A stretch of 38,925 bases of DNA from Chthoniobacteraceae bacterium (lineage in GTDB: Bacteria; Verrucomicrobiota; Verrucomicrobiia; Chthoniobacterales; Chthoniobacteraceae), in the NCBI GenBank assembly GCA_040081625.1, contig JBEBGD010000047.1, forward strand, positions 1 through 38,925, written 5' to 3'. The position numbers and the translations under genes are program-made. This document shows positions 34,329 through 38,925 of this stretch, one piece after another. How positions within the stretch are numbered: the first letter of the stretch is position 1; every line of letters starts with the position of its first letter. Under the pieces are notes generated by a model that saw only the letters and a program-made list of their open reading frames with translations, made no database searches and was not told the DNA's origin.

Positions 34329-35210
34329 TTAACCGAGCGCGATCTGCGCCGTGGAGATTTCGAGGATTTCGGTGGTGATGGCCGCCTGGCGGACCTTGTT
34401 GTATTCGAGAGTGAGGTCCTTGATGAGTTGCTTCGCGTTGTCGGTCGCGTTCTTCATCGCGACCATGCGCGCGCTGTGCTCGGAAGCACGGCAGTCGAGG
34501 ATCATCTGATAGACTTGGAAGTGGACGTAGTGAGGGAGCACGCCACCGAGCACGGCGCTGGCGTTCGGCTCGAAGACGTAGTTCGCGGTGTCCTTGGGCG
34601 CCGCCTCGATCTTCGTCTCGGAGGAGGAGAGCACGTCGCGCACTTCGAGGCTGGAGATTGGCAGCAGCACTTGCGTGCGCGGGATCTGGGTCAGCGTATT
34701 GACGAAGTCGGTGAAGCAGACGGTGACCTTGTCCACTTCGCCGTCGATGAACTTATCCATGCAGAACTTCGAGGCCTGCTTGGCTTCGAGGAAGTGGAAG
34801 TTTTCCTTGAGGTTGAAGTCGGCGAGCACCTGGCGCTGGCCGCGCGTGAGGTATTGCAGGCCCTTCCTGCCGATGCAGACGAAGACGGTCGTCGCCGGGT
34901 CGAACTTGGCCGCTTCGCGGAAGAGGTTCGTGTTAAGCGCGCCGCAGAGTCCCTTGTCGGTGCTGATGAGGAGCACGAGTTCCTTCTTCACCTCGCGCGT
35001 CTGCAGCAGCTCATGCGTCTCGTCTTCGCCGAGGCCACCGAGCGACGCGAGCACCTTGCGCAGCAGGTCGGCATAGGAACGGCCCGCGAGCGCGGCGTTC
35101 TGTGCCTTGCGCATCTTCGCCGCCGCGACCATCTGCATGGCCTTGGTGATCTGCGAAGTGTTTTTGACCGACTTGATGCGTCGGCGGATGTCGCGGGTGT
35201 TCGCGGCCAT
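34329..35210 (-). CDS. atpG: ATP synthase gamma subunit
   Basis: QITKAMQMVAAAK, DKGLCG, SEHSARMVAMKNATDNA, RQAAITTEI. Confidence 0.98.
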   Translation of the reverse strand: MAANTRDIRRRIKSVKNTSQITKAMQMVAAAKMRKAQNAALAGRSYADLLRKVLASLGGLGEDETHELLQTREVKKELVLLISTDKGLCGALNTNLFREAAKFDPATTVFVCIGRKGLQYLTRGQRQVLADFNLKENFHFLEAKQASKFCMDKFIDGEVDKVTVCFTDFVNTLTQIPRTQVLLPISSLEVRDVLSSSETKIEAAPKDTANYVFEPNASAVLGGVLPHYVHFQVYQMILDCRASEHSARMVAMKNATDNAKQLIKDLTLEYNKVRQAAITTEILEISTAQIALG

Positions 35211-35213
35211 GAC

Positions 35214-36740
<1,527 letters not shown>

Positions 36741-36752
36741 GACTTTGGTAAG

Positions 36753-37154
36753 TTAGGCGTGAAGGAGTTCGTCTTCGAGGCGGGCGATTCGGTCCTGGAC
36801 GCTATTGTCCCAGACATCGCTGCCGATCTTGATGCGGAGTCCGCCGATCAGCTCGGGCGTGACGTTGAATTCAGTGGTGAGGTCGCTGCCGTATTTGGCC
36901 TTGAGCGCGCGGCGCAGCTCGTCGCGGGTCTCGCGCTCGAGGTTGATGGCGCTCTCAACGACGGCGTGGCGCTTTGCGAGTTCCAGGCGGATGTAGCGCT
37001 GGTAGCCTTCGAGGATTTCAAGGAAGTGCCGCGGTTTCCGATCCGCGAGTTCCTTCACGACGGTGCGCACTTTCCCCTCATCGAGACGGTTCTCGGTGAA
37101 GCTCCCGATGAAGAGCGACTTGGCGGCTTTGCGGGCTTCCTTGCTCAGTTTCAT
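36753..37154 (-). CDS. atpH: ATP synthase delta subunit (short form)
   Basis: AVVESA, PELIGGLRIKIGSDVWDNSV; operon position. Confidence 0.93.
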   Translation of the reverse strand: MKLSKEARKAAKSLFIGSFTENRLDEGKVRTVVKELADRKPRHFLEILEGYQRYIRLELAKRHAVVESAINLERETRDELRRALKAKYGSDLTTEFNVTPELIGGLRIKIGSDVWDNSVQDRIARLEDELLHA

Positions 37155-37160
37155 CGCGGA

Positions 37161-37706
37161 TTAAGCGGCGAGTTCCCGAGCGGCTTCCTCGGAGAGTCGG
37201 CGCTGGTCGGCGTCGCTCAAAACCTTGCCGGTGACCTTCGAGGTCGTCTCGATGACGAGGCGGGCGACCTCACGCTTGAGGTCGGCGAGCATCTTGTTGT
37301 GCTCGCGCTGCGTGGCCTCACGCGCCTTGGTGATGATCTGCTCGGCTTCGATGATCGCGCGTTGCGATTCCTTTTCACCGAGCGCCTTCGCGGCGGTGCG
37401 GGCTTCGTCGATGGACTTCTGCGCCTGGGCGTTGGCCTTGGCGAGAATCTCGGCGGCCTGCTCCTGCGCGGCAGCGAGCTGCTTCTTGATCTCCGCGGCA
37501 TTCGCGAGCCCGTCGGCGATCTTCTGCCGTCGCTCGGCGAGGACGTCGAGGATCGGCTTGTAGGCGTATTTCTGCAGGACGAAGACGACGATGGAAAAGC
37601 TGATGCACTGCGAGAGCAGCTTCCACCAATCGACGCCGAACTGCCGGGCGATGGGCTCGACGACTTCGACGATCGGATTCGCGGCGAGGATGGTGAAGAT
37701 GGTCAT
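37161..37706 (-). CDS. atpF: ATP synthase b subunit
   Basis: TM then YAYKPILDVLAERRQKI and coiled coil; operon position. Confidence 0.95.
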   Translation of the reverse strand: MTIFTILAANPIVEVVEPIARQFGVDWWKLLSQCISFSIVVFVLQKYAYKPILDVLAERRQKIADGLANAAEIKKQLAAAQEQAAEILAKANAQAQKSIDEARTAAKALGEKESQRAIIEAEQIITKAREATQREHNKMLADLKREVARLVIETTSKVTGKVLSDADQRRLSEEAARELAA

Positions 37707-37760
37707 ACGATAAACGGGAAACGGAGCGCGGAGCCGTCGCCGGCCCCGCGCCCCTGAGAA

Positions 37761-37979
37761 CTACGGCTTTCCGAGGAAGAGCGCGAAGAACACGATGCCT
37801 TCAGCGAAGGCGGTGCTCAGGATGGCCTGGATGAGGATCTTCGTGGCTGCGCCGGGATTGCGCCCGACTGCCGACGAAGCGCCCATACCGATGAGGCCGA
37901 CGCCGATCGCCGCGCCGAGCGCGCCGAGGCCGCCCTGCACGCTGCCGGAGAGTTCCGCGAGTGTGGTAATGATGCTCAT
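37761..37979 (-). CDS. atpE: ATP synthase c subunit
   Basis: Gly-rich helix, RNP loop, AFAEG carboxylate. Confidence 0.95.
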   Translation of the reverse strand: MSIITTLAELSGSVQGGLGALGAAIGVGLIGMGASSAVGRNPGAATKILIQAILSTAFAEGIVFFALFLGKP

Positions 37980-38060
37980 GTGATGTTTCCTGTTGTTGTT
38001 TTGTTTTTCCTGCCGCCCCCGCTGACATGCACGGTCTGACGGCTGAAAGGGTTGTGAAAT

Positions 38061-38925
38061 CTAGTGGTGCTCGGCGTGCCCGTGTTCGTCGTCGCCGCCG
38101 ATCATCAGCACCGTGAAGACGGCGGTCAGCAGCATGAACACGAGCGCCTGGACGAAGCCGACTAGCAGCTCCATGAAATAAAACGGAATCGGGATGAGCC
38201 AGCCGAGTGCGGGGACGAGGACCATCATCGACTCGAGCAGGTTTTCACCGGCGAAGATGTTGCCGTAGAGACGGAAGCTCAGCGACACCGGGCGGAAGAG
38301 GATCGAGACGACTTCGAGCAGGCCGACGATGACAAAGATCAGCGCCATCGCGATTGCGAGGACACCCTTCATTTCCTTGCGCGCCGGATTTCCAAAGAGG
38401 TGAACGATGACGCCGCCAAAGCCATGCGCGGTCAGCGACCAGTAAACCCAGCAGCCGAAGAAGATCAGCGCCATCGCGAGCGTCATGTTCAAGTCAGCGC
38501 TCGTGCCGCGGAAGAGCGGTTCGGAAATGTGCGACATGCCGCCCTGCTCGGTCGGGTGGCCCCATCCGATCGTCCCAACGCCGGGCAGCAGTCCGAACCA
38601 ATTCGTGAAAAGAATGAAGATGAACACGCTCGCGAAAAACCAGAACGTGCGCTGAGCGAGCTTCTCCCCAACGATCGAGGCGAGGAAGTCGCGAAGGCTC
38701 TCGACCATCCACTCCCAGAAGTTCTGCGCGCCATCCGGCACTTCCTTCATCTTCGCCGTCGCGTAGCGCGCGAAGATGATGATGCCCGCCGCGATGATCC
38801 ACGTGAGAATCATCGAGTTGGTGACCTTCAGCGGCCCGATCCGAAACGCGGGCAACTCCGGCGCGGCCGCGGGCAGCCCGTGATGCTCCGCCGCCGCGTG
38901 TTCACCGTGCGCGGCCGCGCCGGAG
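38061..38925 (-). CDS. atpB: ATP synthase a subunit, 5' truncated by window edge
   Basis: QNFWE, NWFGLLPG, ADLN, RPVSLSFRLYGNIFAGE, ELLVGFVQALVF; the frame stays open to the window end. Confidence 0.96.
   Translation of the reverse strand, partial: SGAAAHGEHAAAEHHGLPAAAPELPAFRIGPLKVTNSMILTWIIAAGIIIFARYATAKMKEVPDGAQNFWEWMVESLRDFLASIVGEKLAQRTFWFFASVFIFILFTNWFGLLPGVGTIGWGHPTEQGGMSHISEPLFRGTSADLNMTLAMALIFFGCWVYWSLTAHGFGGVIVHLFGNPARKEMKGVLAIAMALIFVIVGLLEVVSILFRPVSLSFRLYGNIFAGENLLESMMVLVPALGWLIPIPFYFMELLVGFVQALVFMLLTAVFTVLMIGGDDEHGHAEHH

Noticed and set aside
37761..37979. Na+-coupled or N-type ATPase
   Set aside because: The c subunit has AEG without the Na+-binding Q...ES/T signature, and gene order is the standard B-E-F-H-A-G-D-C.

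Overview
A GC-rich bacterial window. Gene content and style (short ATP synthase delta subunit, repeat-rich surface proteins, DUF1080 and Gfo/Idh/MocA genes with export signals, pilin-like cassettes) suggest Verrucomicrobiota, possibly Chthoniobacterales; this is inference. In order it holds: a PIN-toxin locus; a frameshifted secreted Ig/lipase-like gene; a NarL-type two-component pair; pgl, sixA and fabG; an SPFH/zinc-ribbon locus; trpD; a four-gene peptide-export cluster; a type IV minor-pilin-like cassette; a sugar ABC permease and binding protein separated by a large delta-60 repeat gene; M19 dipeptidase-like, DUF1080 and Gfo/Idh/MocA genes; and most of the F1Fo atp operon. The stand-out is 12044-17323, a candidate new RiPP-like system. 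It comprises an HlyD adaptor, an SRPK-like Ser/Thr kinase whose glycine-rich loop is displaced into the C-lobe, an 81-aa double-glycine-leader precursor with a Ser/Arg/Lys-rich core, and a C39-peptidase ABC exporter. All calls come from reading motifs by eye; no database searches were run.
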